Shown: positions 1 through 12,590, numbered from the stretch's first letter. The stretch is DNA of 64,000 nt from Octopus sinensis (GCF_006345805.1 NC_043003.1:96100001-96164000), one strand, 5' to 3'. The notes: a model not told the origin generated them from the sequence alone. Translations and numbers: made by a program.

Positions 1-108
1 CCTTGTTATTCAATTGATTTAAATTATGCTCTGTTTTTGTCTACAACTTTATTCTGCTTCAGATAAGTTATTATCACTATGTCTAACACAAATCATAAAA
101 TATGTATT

Positions 109-141
109 CACATACATACATACATACATGCATGCATGCAT

Positions 142-234
<93 letters not shown>

Positions 235-261
235 CATGCATGCATGCATGCATGCATGCAT
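109..261. repeat. Compound tetranucleotide microsatellite (CATA)n(CATG)n(CACG)n(CAGG)n(CATG)n
   Basis: Read directly. It explains the overlapping low-complexity ORFs at 26-319. Confidence 0.95.
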
Positions 262-583
262 AAGACACAGCATGAAAAATTGTCATTTTAGATCATTTCA
301 TATTTCTTTATTGTGGTAAATTTGACTTACAGTTGTTTCCAGTGGTCATTATAGGTTCATTATTGATAGGTTTACTCAATCGAACCATTGATTTGTTGAT
401 TTACAATAAAGATTGATGATGAACTATAATGTGTGACTGCCACAAGAACATGCTGAGCTCTTTACTTACCTCAACATTATTGTTAGTCTGGTGTACTAAC
501 AGAGAGCTTGTTAAGTGTTTTGCCTGAATTGATAACCCCTCACTAATTAGTCTGTTGTGTGTGTGTGTATATTTATATATAGT

Positions 584-905
584 GAAGGTGCGTGGCTTAG
601 TGGTTAGGGCATTCGGCTCACGATTGTAAGATCGTGAGTTCGATTCCAAGCGATGCGTTGTGTCCTTGAGCAAGACACTTTATTTCATGTTGCTCCAGTC
701 CACTCAGCTAGCAAAAATGAGTTGTACCTGTATTTCAAAGGGCCGGCCTTGTCACACTGTGTGTCACGCTGAATCTCCCTGAGAACTACATTAAGGGTAC
801 ACGTGTCTGTGGAGTGCTCAGCCACTTGCACGTTAATTTCTCGAGCAGGCTGTTCTGTTGATCGTATCAGCTGGGACCCTCATCGTCGTAACCGACAGAG
901 TGCTC
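584..905 (+). mobile_element. tRNA-derived SINE (family A)
   Basis: A-box-like TGGCTTAGTGG, B-box-like GAGTTCGATTCC and central TGTGTCCTTGAGCAAGACACTTT motif. Related copy at 42520-42830. Confidence 0.85.
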
Positions 906-1164
906 ATATTTATATATATATATATATATACATACATACACACACACACACATACATACACTACATACATAAATACATATATACATACACACACATACAT
1001 AAACATACATATGTACACACACGCACATACACACATACACGCATGCAAAAATACATACATACACACATATGTACATACATACATACATACACACACACTT
1101 ACACACATACACACACATACATACATACGTACGTACATACATACATACACACACATACATACAC

Positions 1165-1201
<37 letters not shown>

Positions 1202-1740
1202 TACATACATACACACACATACATACACACATACACACACACATACACACATACATACATACACACACGCATACATATACATACATACACACACATACAC
1301 ACATACATACACACATATAAGCCCCTACATTGTACACACACGCACACATATATACATACATTCACTCGCACGCACGTACACACACACATTTACATATATA
1401 TATACTATACACTCACACACACATACACACGTACAAACACACACAAACTCACATACACACCGACAGATATACATACACAATATACACCTATCCGCGCATG
1501 CACACATACACACAAACACATACAAACGCACACATACACGCACACACATACACGTACATACATACACTCTCGTACAAATGAACTCACATATACATCCCTA
1601 CACACACACACACACGCACGTACAAGCACCCACGTACTAGGTTAAACAGTTTCTTGCCACACACCCACACTCTACGCATACACACGAACACACACATGCA
1701 CACACACACACACTACAAACAACACACACACATGATACAT
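906..1740. repeat. Long degenerate (TA)/(CA)/(TACA) microsatellite array
   Basis: Read directly. The H/T/Y/I and V/C/M/Y ORFs here are artefacts. Confidence 0.95.
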
Positions 1741-1974
1741 ATAGCCCTTTGTTTTTTGTTTTTTGACCCGGCTTTGACCTGGCTTGACACAAACAGCTAG
1801 TGGTCATCATCACAGCTGGCTTTGTCATTGCTTTTATTCACCAAAAATACACACACACACACACACACACACGCACAAACACACTTGTCATCTTGCACAC
1901 ACACACACACACACACACACAGGCATTCCTTTTTTTGGAACTCTCTTGCATTATAAAACCATATTTCAACTACC

Positions 1975-2210
1975 TTCAAATTCTGTTCTTTCAACATGTG
2001 ATCTCTTAAGCACCACCAGCTCAAATATTTTCTCCTCTGTCTTCCCTCTTTGGGATCTTTCCTTCTCCTTGTTTCCGACGAAGAGCTCCACTCGAAACGT
2101 TAAACCCTCCTTCCCTTCTTTCCTGAGCGTCAATAATACTTTAATTGTTCCACGTCCTGCGTTGCTGTGTTTTTTTCTCCTTTTTTCTGTGTTTTCTTGT
2201 TTGGATTAAC
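1975..2210 (+). mobile_element. Short PLE pLTR/retrozyme-like unit (family H1)
   Basis: Homologous to 12591-12802 and 47602-47812. Ends GGATTAAC followed by (TA)n and contains an HHR-like core. Confidence 0.75.
2071..2105 (+). ncRNA. Minimal type I hammerhead ribozyme-like motif (U4C core variant)
   Basis: GUUU-CCGACGA-A-GAG(CUCCA)CUC-GAAA-CGU-U-AAAC. Stem I GUUU/AAAC and palindromic ACGU stem III. Confidence 0.55.
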
Positions 2211-2235
2211 TATATATATATATATATGTGTGTGT

Positions 2236-2535
2236 GGAGGCACAATGGCCCAGTGGTTAGGGCAGCGGACTCGCAGTCGTAGGATCGCGGTTTCGATTCC
2301 CGGACCTGGCGTTGTGAGTGTTTATTGAGCGAAAACACCTAAAAAGCTCCATGAGGCTCCAGCAGGGGCGGTGGTGATCCCTGCTGTACTCTTTCACCAC
2401 AACTTTCTCTCACTCTTTCTTCTATTGGCCTACTTGCTTAGCCAGCGGGGTGGCGTCATTGAAGGCTAAAACAATGTGAAGTGCATTGTGACCAGCGATG
2501 TGTAGCAACATCTGATGGTCTGGTCGGTCACGTGA
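2236..2535 (+). mobile_element. tRNA-derived SINE (family B)
   Basis: TGGCCCAGTGG A-box-like and GGTTTCGATTCC B-box-like motifs. Homologous copy at 40243-40531. Confidence 0.85.
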
Positions 2536-2706
2536 GATATATATATATATATATTTGGTGAAATAGAAAGATGAATAATCTTGTTGCAGATTAATCAAAA
2601 GTTTAACCGATACCTTGGTAGCAAAAATCACAGCAGAAGACAGCACGGTTGGAGGTACAACCATATGGTGTTGCAACCGTGCGTTGGTGCGGATAATTGA
2701 ATTTTA

Positions 2707-2992
2707 ATATTATTAGTGAATTGAAGAAATGGAGTTGAACGAAGATTGAACAGAAATCGTTTGGCCATGGGCTCTTAGGAGCCTCGTTCGATTTGTTTTG
2801 CTGCGCCTCTGTTCTGTTTTTGTTTTTGCCAACGGAATTCCTATTTCTTCCTGAAGAGAAAGACACAATATGGTCTCCTTATTCAATCGGAATTTGGGAA
2901 ATTGTGGGCTTTCGAAACACGTGTAGAATGCCAATAAAACGATTTCTGTTCAATCTTCGTTCAACTCCATTTCTTCAATTCACTAATAATAT
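2707..2992 (+). mobile_element. PLE pLTR with an inverted copy of its own 3' terminus (56-bp perfect inverted repeat, 2707-2762 / 2937-2992)
   Basis: Arms checked base by base. Interior is homologous to the 3' end of the PLE at 37831-38065. Followed by (TA)n. Confidence 0.85.
2848..2928 (+). ncRNA. Type I hammerhead ribozyme
   Basis: UUC-CUGAAGA-GAAAGACACAAU...AUUGUGGGCUUUC-GAAAC-ACGUGU-A^GAA. Intact core, long stem II, palindromic ACACGUGU stem III, GUA cleavage triplet. Confidence 0.8.
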
Positions 2993-3066
2993 ATATATAA
3001 TATAATATATAATATATATTATATAATATATTATATAATATATATATATATATAATATATAATATA

Positions 3067-3117
<51 letters not shown>

Positions 3118-3929
3118 TGGCTGTGTGGTAAGAAGCTTACTTCCTAGCCACATGGTTCCAGGTTCAGTCCCTCTATATATATGGGAGGCTTTGATATTGA
3201 GAAGACCTAAAATGCAGGTTGGGTATGTAAGTGTTACAGAAGGACCGCTGTTAGATTCCTGGTTTGGTAATAGTATGAGAGAGGAGTCTAACACGAGTCG
3301 GGTCATGTGTGAGCGTGTACATGTTTCATGAAATGAGACAAAGCCATGGCAGTGTGAAATTTCTGGGCATTTAGAAAGAGAAAAGTAGTCTTACAGCTGT
3401 AAGGCTACCATTATATATACACACACACACACATATTCGTGTGTGTGTGTGTGTGTCTGTGTGTGTCTGTATGCATGCATGTATGTTTGTATGTATGTGA
3501 TGACACAGTTTTCTCATATGTGTGTTAGTGCTTATGCACCTGTACTCATATATTTGTGCATGCAGGCATGCATGAAAATACTTTCCTGGACTCCTACAAA
3601 ATTCAGAACAAGTTATCTCTGGTCACTTGACCTCGTTCACATGTCACTATAAGTTCATCTGGCTCTTTCCTGTGAAGAAAGAGAGAAAGAGAGAAGGAGT
3701 GTAAGTGTGAGAGAAAGGATTAATCATTTGATGAGAGAACAAAACTATGGTGATAAAAGGTTTAAAGTTGAATTTCATTTCCCCATATACAAATAAAGAC
3801 TACTTTGTTATTTCTGAGCCGTTTTGTTTTTCTTTTTATTATTAGTATTCTATATACTAGTATTTGTTTCTTATGTATGCACACTCTCAAAGTATGTGGA
3901 GTATATGTATATGTATTCCCTTTCTCTTT

Positions 3930-4148
3930 TCTCTTTTACTTGTTTCAGTCATTTGACTGCGGCCATGCTGGAGCACCGCCTTTTAGTCGAGCAAATCGAC
4001 CCCAGGACTTATTCTTTGTAAGCCTAGTACTTATCCTATCGGTCTCTTTTGCCGAACCACTAAGTTACAAGGACGTAACACACCAGCATCGGTTGTCAAG
4101 CGACGTTGGGGGAGACAAACACAGACACACAAACACACACACACACAC

Positions 4149-4181
<33 letters not shown>

Positions 4182-4715
4182 CGACGGGCTTCTTTCAGTT
4201 TCCGTTTACCAAATCCACTCACAAGGCTTTGGTCAGCTCGAGGCTATAGTAGAAAACACTTGCCCAAGGTGCCACGCAGTGGGACTGAACCCGGAACCAT
4301 GTGGTTGGTCAACAAGCTACTTACCACAGCCACTCCTGCGCCTATATATACATATATATAAATATACGATGGGCTTCTTTCAGTTTCCGTCTACCAAATC
4401 CACTCACAAGGCTTTGGTCGGCCTGAGGCTATAGTAGAAGACACTTGCCCAAGGTGCCACGCAGTGGGACTGAACCCGGAACCATGTGGTTGGTCAACAA
4501 GCTACTTACCACAGCCACTCCTGCGCCTATATATACATATATATAAATATACGATGGGCTTCTTTCAGTTTCCGTCTACCAAATCCACTCACAAGGCTTT
4601 GGTCGGCCTGAGGCTATAGTAGAAGACACTTGCTCAAGGTGCCACACAGTGGGACTGAACCCGGAACTGTGTGGTTGGTAAGCAAGCTACTTACCACACA
4701 GCCACTCCTGCACCT
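3930..4715 (-). mobile_element. tRNA-derived SINE (family C) whose 5' half is tandemly triplicated (184-bp unit)
   Basis: Reverse complement of the 16153-16545 type. The unit boundary CCTATATATACATATATATAAATATACGATGGGC recurs at 4341 and 4525. Confidence 0.85.
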
Positions 4716-4993
4716 ATGTACACTTTTTAATATTTTCAGTTGAGAGATATTTATGGAAATGTCTCAAGGGCTGAGAGTATCATATGTCACTTGAATTCTA
4801 CAAAACACACACACACACACACATCACAAGTACAGTTGTTGTTATGTGGTCAGAAGTATGGGCGTCTCTTTCAGTTTGTGCCTACCAAATCCTTGACCAG
4901 AAGCTATAGTAGAAGGTACTACTTATCCAAGCTTCCATAAAGTGGTTTGGAAGTATGTATCTATGTATGCACACACACACACACACACACAAA

Positions 4994-5205
4994 CAGAGGG
5001 CGGCCCAAAAGCAGGTTTGCAGTTATTCAACTATCTCTTTCGCATTCATATATTAACAGTTTAGATCTTAATTATAAAAGAAAATATGAAACCTTTATTC
5101 TATGCTTATTTAGTTAATTGTAACTAAATAATGTAATAAAATGTTTTAAAAGAAATTCAAAGTGCCTACATGATAATTGTAAACCTAATTTTGGGCCACC
5201 CTGTA
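4994..5205. mobile_element. Tc1/mariner-type MITE
   Basis: Imperfect TIRs CAGAGGGCGGCCCAAAAGCAGGTTTGCAGTTA / TAATTGTAAACCTAATTTTGGGCCACCCTG, with TA at the right end. Confidence 0.65.
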
Positions 5206-5241
5206 ATGATAAACAGATACAAATATATGTGTGTGTGTGAG

Positions 5242-5273
<32 letters not shown>

Positions 5274-5734
5274 AAAGTGAGATAGGGGTTATGAATGTAA
5301 CCCACTATGGGATATCATGTATCCAATATACTGCCAGTAAAGTACCCAGAAAGGCTAATACATAAATGCTAAGAATTGCAATGCAATTAATTCATTTATT
5401 GTATTATATGGGCGAAGGTAAAATGCTTTACCTCAAATTCATAATACAAAATAAGAAAATGGAGGAATAGATTTCTTTCAATCATCAACTACCAGATAAT
5501 ACCAATTCATATAATTTATCAACTAATTATTTATTAACTATATATATATATATGTATGTGAATTGTTGACGCTAGATGTGTCTTGGGTGAGACCTCAAGG
5601 TAAAAACAGTGACAGATAGGTAGAAATGTAGGTAAATAAATAAATCTTTTAAAAAGACATGAATGTCCATTCTTTCTGTCTCTCCCGCCTATCTCTCTGT
5701 CTCTGACGTGTATATACACATATATGCAGATGCA

Positions 5735-5940
5735 TCATCATCGTCGTTTAACATCCATTTTCCATGCTGGTATGAGTTGGCCGGTTTGACTGAGGACTGG
5801 CAAGTGAGTAGGCTGTGCTAGGCACCAATCTGATCTGGCAAGGTCTCTACAGCTGGATGCCCTTCCTAATACTAACCACTCTGAGAGTGTAGTGGGTGCT
5901 TTTTACATGCCACCGACACAGAAGCCAGTCAGGCAGCACA
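5735..5940 (-). mobile_element. RTE-LINE-type 3' tail / SINE (family D)
   Basis: (CAT)n tail followed by GTTTAACATCCATTTTCCATGCT...CAGCTGGATGCCCTTCCTAA, matching the RTE 3' UTR at 8930-9240. Confidence 0.75.
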
Positions 5941-6204
5941 TTCTTATGAATATGTATTGGTATTATCTGTGTCTCTCTCCATGTGTATGAATGTATACAC
6001 ACAGATAAACACATATATATGTCTCAACAGAACTGTTAAAAACATGTAGTTAAATTATAAAGCTAATACTTGAAAATAAGACATTTCTTATTTTCAGTTG
6101 TTGTATCTTAGTAATTTAGCATAACTAAAAAAGTATGCACCCTGCTCACTTTGTGTTCTCCATAACTTCCTGAAAAATGTATATTTTTTTTAATGAAATT
6201 TTCT

Positions 6205-6600
6205 ACTCTTTTACTTGTTTCAGTCATTTGACTGTGGCCATGCTGGAGCACCACCTTTAGTCGACCAAATTGACCCCAGGACTTATTCTTTGTAAGCCTA
6301 GTACTTATTCTATCGGTCTCTTTTGCCGAACCGCTAAGTTATGGGGATGTAAACACACCAGCATCAGTTGTCAAGCAATGTTTGGGCGACAAACACAGAC
6401 ACACAAACACACACATACATATACATATATACGATGGGCTTCTTTTAGTTTCTGTCTACCAAATCCACTCACAAGGCTTTGGTCAGCCTGAGGGTATAGT
6501 AGAAGACACTTGCCCAAGGTGCCATGCAGTGGGACTGAACCCAGAACCATGTGATTGGTAAGCAAGCTACTTACCACACAGCCACTCCTATGCCAATAAG
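6205..6600 (-). mobile_element. SINE family C copy
   Basis: Homologous to 3930-4345 and 16153-16545. Confidence 0.85.
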
Positions 6601-6850
6601 CCACTCCTACGCCTACAAGCAGATGGTGTGCATTATGATTACATTAGAATTTATTGGGAAAATGTCTTTTGGGTGGGTAAGAAGAGTTTCGGATAATTTA
6701 CATGCTTTTTACTTTGTTTGCTCATATCGTTTCGATGATGTAGATTACAGTTATCATTTATCTTTTTACTTGTTTCAGTCATTGGACAGTGGCCATGCTG
6801 GGGCACTGCCTTTTTCAATTATGTTTAAAAAAAATTACTTTTTAGGACTA

Positions 6851-7225
6851 ATCCACTCACAAGGCTTTGGTCGGCCTGAGGCTATAGTAGAAGACACTTG
6901 CTCAAGGTGCCACGCAGTGGGACTGAACCCAGAACTGTGTGGTTGGTAAGCAAGCTACTTACCACACAGCCACTCCTGCACCTATGTACACTTTTTAATA
7001 TTTTCAGTTGAGAGATATTTATGGAAATGTCTCAAGGGCTGAGAGTATCATATGTCACTTGAATTCTACAAAACACACACACACACACACATCACAAGTA
7101 CAGTTGTTGTTATGTGGTCAGAAGTATGGGCGTCTCTTTCAGTTTGTGCCTACCAAATCCTTGACCAGAAGCTATAGTAGAAGGTACTACTTATCCAAGC
7201 TTCCATAAAGTGGTTTGGAAGTATG
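6851..7225 (+). repeat. ~375-bp near-identical direct duplication of 4581-4952
   Basis: Identical 66-aa ORFs at 4740-4940 and 7008-7208 (offset 2268). The duplication includes non-SINE sequence. Confidence 0.9.
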
Positions 7226-8015
7226 CATGCACGCACACACACACACAACAGGCTTCTTTCAGTTTCTATCTACAAAATCCATTCACACGGCTTTGGTTGG
7301 CCTGAGACTATCTTAGAAGATACTTGACCAAGGTGCCATACAGTGGGACTGAACCTAGGACAATGTGGTTGGGAAGCAAGCTTCTTACTACACAGTATTT
7401 ATTTTATTTTATAATTTCTTTTTTTTTTATCATATGGTTTTTCATGTAGACCCATAGGGAGGGTCAACCAAACCTTTAGAAAGTAAATCTTATTTTTTCT
7501 TATTTTACCTTTATTTCTTTCATTTTTATTATATCCTGTTTCTGAATTCTATCTACTTGTCCTTGCTTCTTTAGTACACTCAATATAAGGGAATTTGAGT
7601 ATTTGTAAACAGTAAAGTCAGCCAAATATATCTAATGAAGCTGTTTGCTATTTATAGCTGATGAGTAGTCTGGTTGTTATGTTATAGCGCAGTTATATTT
7701 ATGGGTGTATATATGTATTTTATATGTATTTTTATTTATATATGAGTGATGGATCTTGTAGTGTTGCTTATGCAACTAATTCAGATTATGAAACGGCTGT
7801 CAACAAATGGAATAAACATTTATCCTCTCACTTTACTACTCTTTGATCTATCTGTCTGTCTGTCCATCCCTTCACCCATCTGTCTGTCCGGCTATCCATC
7901 CATCCATCTATCTATCTATCTAAATAAATAAATGAATGAAGATATTCTTTGATCAAATATTGAGGCTAGAAATCAAAAGGTCTCTAAATGTTTTTAATAT
8001 ATATATATATATATA

Positions 8016-8892
8016 TCATCATCATCATCATCATCGTCGTCGTTTAACGTCCACTTTCCATGCTAGCATGGGTTGGACGGTTTGGCTGTGTGCTGGCGAA
8101 CCAGATGGTTGCACCAAGCTCCAGTCTTGATCTGGCAGAGTTTCTACAGCTGGATGCCCTTCCTAACACCAACCACTCCGGGAGTGTAGTGGGTGCTTTT
8201 ACATGCCACCGGCATGGGGACCTGTCAGGCGGTACTAGCAATGACCTCACTCGGATTTTTACACATGGGCCAGTCAGGCGGTACTGGCGATGACCTTGCT
8301 CAAATTTTTTACACATACCAACGGCACAGGTGCCAGTAAGGCGATACTGGTAATGATCTCGCTCGAATGGTGCCTCTTTGATCCTCACGGCGCAACACAT
8401 TGGCAAATTTTTTCTTATCTGCTTCCCCTCTGGCTAAGTAAACCTTTCTCCTAGCTTCCCTTCTGGCAGTCTGATGCACTTCCCTGCTACCACTGTTCTT
8501 CCAGTCCTTCCAAGCCTGTCTCTTTTCTCTAATAGCCCTGTCTACAACATTGTTCCACCACCACGTTATTTTGGGTTGAGAGGGACTTTGCACCATCCAC
8601 AGATCCGTTGTCTTCTACAGATCTAGTTGTCTTCTACACTATGTGAATCTATATCCTCTTCTATTTTGTCAAAGGCTTTGAGTAATATGTCTCTAAATCT
8701 CTGTCCATTCGCAAGATCTTTAAGCTTCCAGACCCTTCTTTTCCATGCTGGTCGTCTTCTGGGCATCCACTTAGTCCTGATCCTAAAGTCCCTAACTACC
8801 ACTCTATGTTGTGGGGTACATTCTTCACCTGGGAAGGTTTTGGCATTTATAAGCAGCCATATTTCCCTTTTTCTGGTAAGGATGTAGTCAAT
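8016..8892 (-). mobile_element. RTE-clade LINE with internal deletion (end of APE domain and linker joined to the 3' UTR)
   Basis: Minus translation IDYILTRKREIWLLINAKTFPGEECTPQHRVVV and TWWWNNVVDRAIREKRQAWKDWK, then a jump at ~8400 into the 3' UTR and (ATG)n tail. Confidence 0.85.
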
Positions 8893-8894
8893 AT

Positions 8895-10190
8895 CATCAT
8901 CATCAGCATCATCATCATCGTTTAACGTCTGTTTTCCGTGCTAGCACAGGTTGGGCGGTTCGACCGGGGTCTGGGAAGCCAGGAGGCTGCACCAGGCTCC
9001 AGTCTGATCTGGCAGTGTTTCTACAGCTGGATGCCCTTCATAACGCCAACCACTCCGTGAGTGTAGTGGGTGCTTTTTACGTGCCACCGGCCACGATCGG
9101 TTGGTGCTTTTTACGTGTCACTGGCACAGAAGCCAGTCAAGGTAGCACTGGCATCAGCCACATTCGGATGGTGCTTTTTACATGCCACTGGCACAGGTAT
9201 CACAACTACTATTTCCATTTGATATTTATTTCGATGTTCATGTACTTTGAATGGGCTGGGGCTATGCGAAACTGGTGCAGGAAGCAGCCCGGGTCTTTGC
9301 AGTCGCAGCATATCTCCAGAGATCTCGGTCCTTCGTCATTGCCTCTGTGAGGCCCAACGCTCGGAGGTCATGCTTGGCTACCTCATCCTATGTCTTCCTG
9401 GGTCTACCTCTCCCCCTGATACCTTCAACTGTTTGGGAACAGCACTTCTTCACACATCGCTCCTCATCCATCTGCAGTACATGACCATACCATCGCAAGT
9501 GTCTCTCTTGCACACCACATCTGATGCTTCTTATGTCCAGCATTTCTCTCAGGGTGCCCACACTCTGTCGTGCGTGCACACTGACATTACACATTCAGCG
9601 GATCATGTTCGTTTCATTTCTTTCAAGTCTATGCATGTCCTCTGCAGTCATGGCCCATGTTTCACTACCGGTTCACACACATGCATCATACAATCTACCT
9701 TTCACTCTGAGCGAGAGACCCTTTGTCGCCAGTAGGGGTAGGAACTTTGTAAACTTTGCCCAGGCTATTCATATTCTAGTGGTGACACTCTCTGAGCATC
9801 CACCTCAACTACTAACTTGGTCACCTAGGTAGTGGAAACTATCAACTACTTCTAGTTTCTCCCCCTGAAGTGTGATGGGATCTGTTTTCTGAGTATCTGT
9901 GGTGTCTATTGTCCCTGTGCATCTGCCGCACATGAAAGCTATCTTATCAGTTAATTTCTCTTTGATGTTGCTGCACCTCTTATGCGCCCATAGCTTACAC
10001 TGGGTACATCTTATGGAGTTTCTACCTACACCTTTCCTACAGATTGAGCAGGGCCACCTGCCCGAAGAGGTGTGTGATGAGTTCGCCTTTCTGCTTACTA
10101 TAACTTTGGTCTTTGCTACATTTACTCTAAGGCCCTTTGATTCTAAACCTTGCTTCCACACCCGAAATTTCTTTTCTAGTGGACGGAAAT
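8895..10190 (-). mobile_element. 5'-truncated RTE-clade LINE (RT C-terminus, Cys-rich insert, 3' UTR)
   Basis: GLRVNVAKTKV...CSICRKGVGRNSIRCTQCKLWAHKRC...LEVVDSFHYLGD...LRWYGHVLQMDEERCVKK...RGRGRPRKT, with frameshifts and stops, and an (ATG)n tail. Confidence 0.9.
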
Positions 10191-10311
10191 AGTAAAGAGG
10201 TTAAAACAGGCTGGGAATGGCGAAGTTTTGATTGGGGACAGAGCGGCAGAGACATGGAACTAGGAATGAGAAGAATTAAGCAATTGGGGTTTGATAGGGG
10301 ACAGTACAAAT

Positions 10312-10652
10312 TATGGGAAATAAGAATGTGAACTGAACGAGGAGGAACGAATAATAGAGAAACAATATCATAGAGAACGAACAAATTATCATCATACAGA
10401 GATGAATAATTATGATAATAAGCTTTACGAGTTAGGACTAAAATTAAAAAATTATATTTGGTGGGACAATATCAACAGTTAGCTCATGAAAAACTAACTG
10501 TTGATATTGTCCTTTTTTAATTTTAGTCCTATCTCGTAAAGCTTATTATGATAATTATTCATCTCTGTATGATGATAATTTGTTCAATCTCTATGATATT
10601 GCTTCTCTATTATTCGTTCCTCCTTGTTCAGTTCACATTCTTATTTCCCATA
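10312..10652. repeat. 340-bp foldback (140-bp outer arms with 6 mismatches, plus a 19-bp perfect inner stem)
   Basis: 10312-10451 pairs with 10513-10652. 10464-10482 pairs with 10494-10512. 11-nt loop and a 12-nt one-sided bulge. Confidence 0.9.
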
Positions 10653-11586
10653 TATATAAATCAAAGACAGGATTCTAGACAAGTTTTATACACACACACA
10701 TATATGCTTTTAGTAGTGGAGGCTCTTTATGTGAATTTCAATATAACTTCATTGACGTTAGTAGCATGCAAAAGGCACTCACTTCACTGTAAATTAGTTG
10801 GCGAATTAAGCAGAAACATTGCTGGATTTGAAGGCCATCTAACCATAGAAACCAAGCTGAAAATATGAAACTGGAGCAAAACCTGTTTCTCCAGGTCATC
10901 AAATTCCATCAAGCTGTTCAACCTATACCAGCTTGAAAAGCAGGCACTATAGTGGTTTTAGTAGTAGTTGATGATGATAATGATGGTGTTACCACTGCCA
11001 CCAATGATCTGCTTTTAATCTGGTCACTCCTGGAGATGCATGTCTTTGGCTGGTCAAACCTTGTAGCTGGTAAATGTATTCATGTCCTTATTTACTTAAA
11101 GGCTTTGTGAAAGCACTTACTGTGTGTTTTCTTTTACTTCCTTTTGTGTTGTACTTGCTGCACTATCATTTTGTATTAGTGAATTTTTATTATAATCAAA
11201 TTAGTTTCTGTTTACATCATAGAAGAATTGTTGTATTTAACTTCTTCATAAATAGACCTATATTTTCTCTTCCTCTTCCTAGTGGCTAGTGTCATCCATA
11301 TATCTTTTCCTTGTCCCTGATTTTCCTCAGCTCCCCCCCCCCCCGTTTTTATGTCTTCCAGTTTTTATGTTTCATCTCTCTGCTATCCATTCACAAGGCT
11401 TTAGTTGGACCAAAGCTATTGTAGAAGACACTTGTCCAAGGTGTCATGCAGTAGGACTGAACCCGGAACCATGTAGTTAGTAAGCAAGCTTCTTACCACA
11501 CAGCCACTCTAAGTTTATAAATTTAACTCCAGCTCCTTGTTTGTCTAACTTTTAAAATAATTAAAAAAAATTTCTATGTATGTGTA

Positions 11587-11749
11587 CAGGCATTGCACTG
11601 TGGTTAAGAAGTTTACTTTGTAACCATTTTGTTTTGAGTTCAGTCCCATTGCATGACACCTTGGGTATGTGTCTCCTACTGTAGTCCTGGGCCAATGAAT
11701 GCCTTGTGAGTGAATTTAGAAGACAGAAACTGCATGGAAGCCTAACATA

Positions 11750-11784
<35 letters not shown>

Positions 11785-11950
11785 GTATGTATACATGTAT
11801 GTCTCTGTGTTTGTGTGCCACCCCCACTTGATAACTGCTGTTGGGTTGTTGACATCCCCATAACCTATTATTTTGGCAAAATAGACTGATAAACTAAGTA
11901 CCACACTTTAAAAGATAAGTACTGGAGTTGGTTGCTTTAACTAAAGCCCT
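11587..11950 (+). mobile_element. Degenerate SINE family C copy
   Basis: GTGGTTAAG...GAGTTCAGTCCCA head, internal (TA)n and the family C 3' half. Confidence 0.7.
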
Positions 11951-12590
11951 CCTAGGGCTGCCTAGGTGGTGCCATCCACTGACTGAGACAAGTAAAAGAC
12001 AAAAGATGATAAGATATAAATTTTCCAAGTCCAAAAGAACCACCATCTTTTCTATTAGCATTACTTTAGACAGAACATCTTTTTTTGTCATTTGCCATAG
12101 ACATCATCACCATCATGTTGATGATGATGATGATGATTCTAAGTATAAGAACCTCTCTGTGTTGCTTATTTTATATTTCATTTTGTTACCGTCCTTATTT
12201 CTCTCCTTTTTATATATTGTTTCTCATTCTTCTCATAACCTGTCCTTTCTACCATTTGGTCTTGAGACCTTGGCTTTTCTTGTTATTTTCAGTTGTCTTA
12301 CTTTTACTGCTTGTGTTCATCTATCATGTCTGTTTATTTTTACACCAGCAGCTAATGTTGCTCACTCCACCAAATTGAACAATATTATTGGACAGTGTTG
12401 AAATTGCAATAATATTTGACTGATAACTGATGAAAGGTTGAGCATGTTAGCATCTGTTGTGTGTGTATTTTACTATTTTTGTGTATGTTCCTTGGTCATA
12501 CCCTTGTGCCACATTTTATGAGATATATAATTAGATATGTGTATACGTCCATATATGTGTGTGTATGTATACACAAGTATATTTATATAT

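Noticed and set aside
584-660. tRNA-like sequences at SINE heads (also 2236, 16153, 40243, 42520)
   Set aside because: They have A/B boxes but no complete cloverleaf and run into SINE bodies, so they are not tRNA genes.
803-1645. 280-aa ORF and many similar H/T/Y/I or V/C/M/Y ORFs (also 34230-34976, 48687-50855, 56382-56811, 58127-58490)
   Set aside because: They are translations of (CA)/(TA)/(TACA) microsatellites, which lack stop codons.
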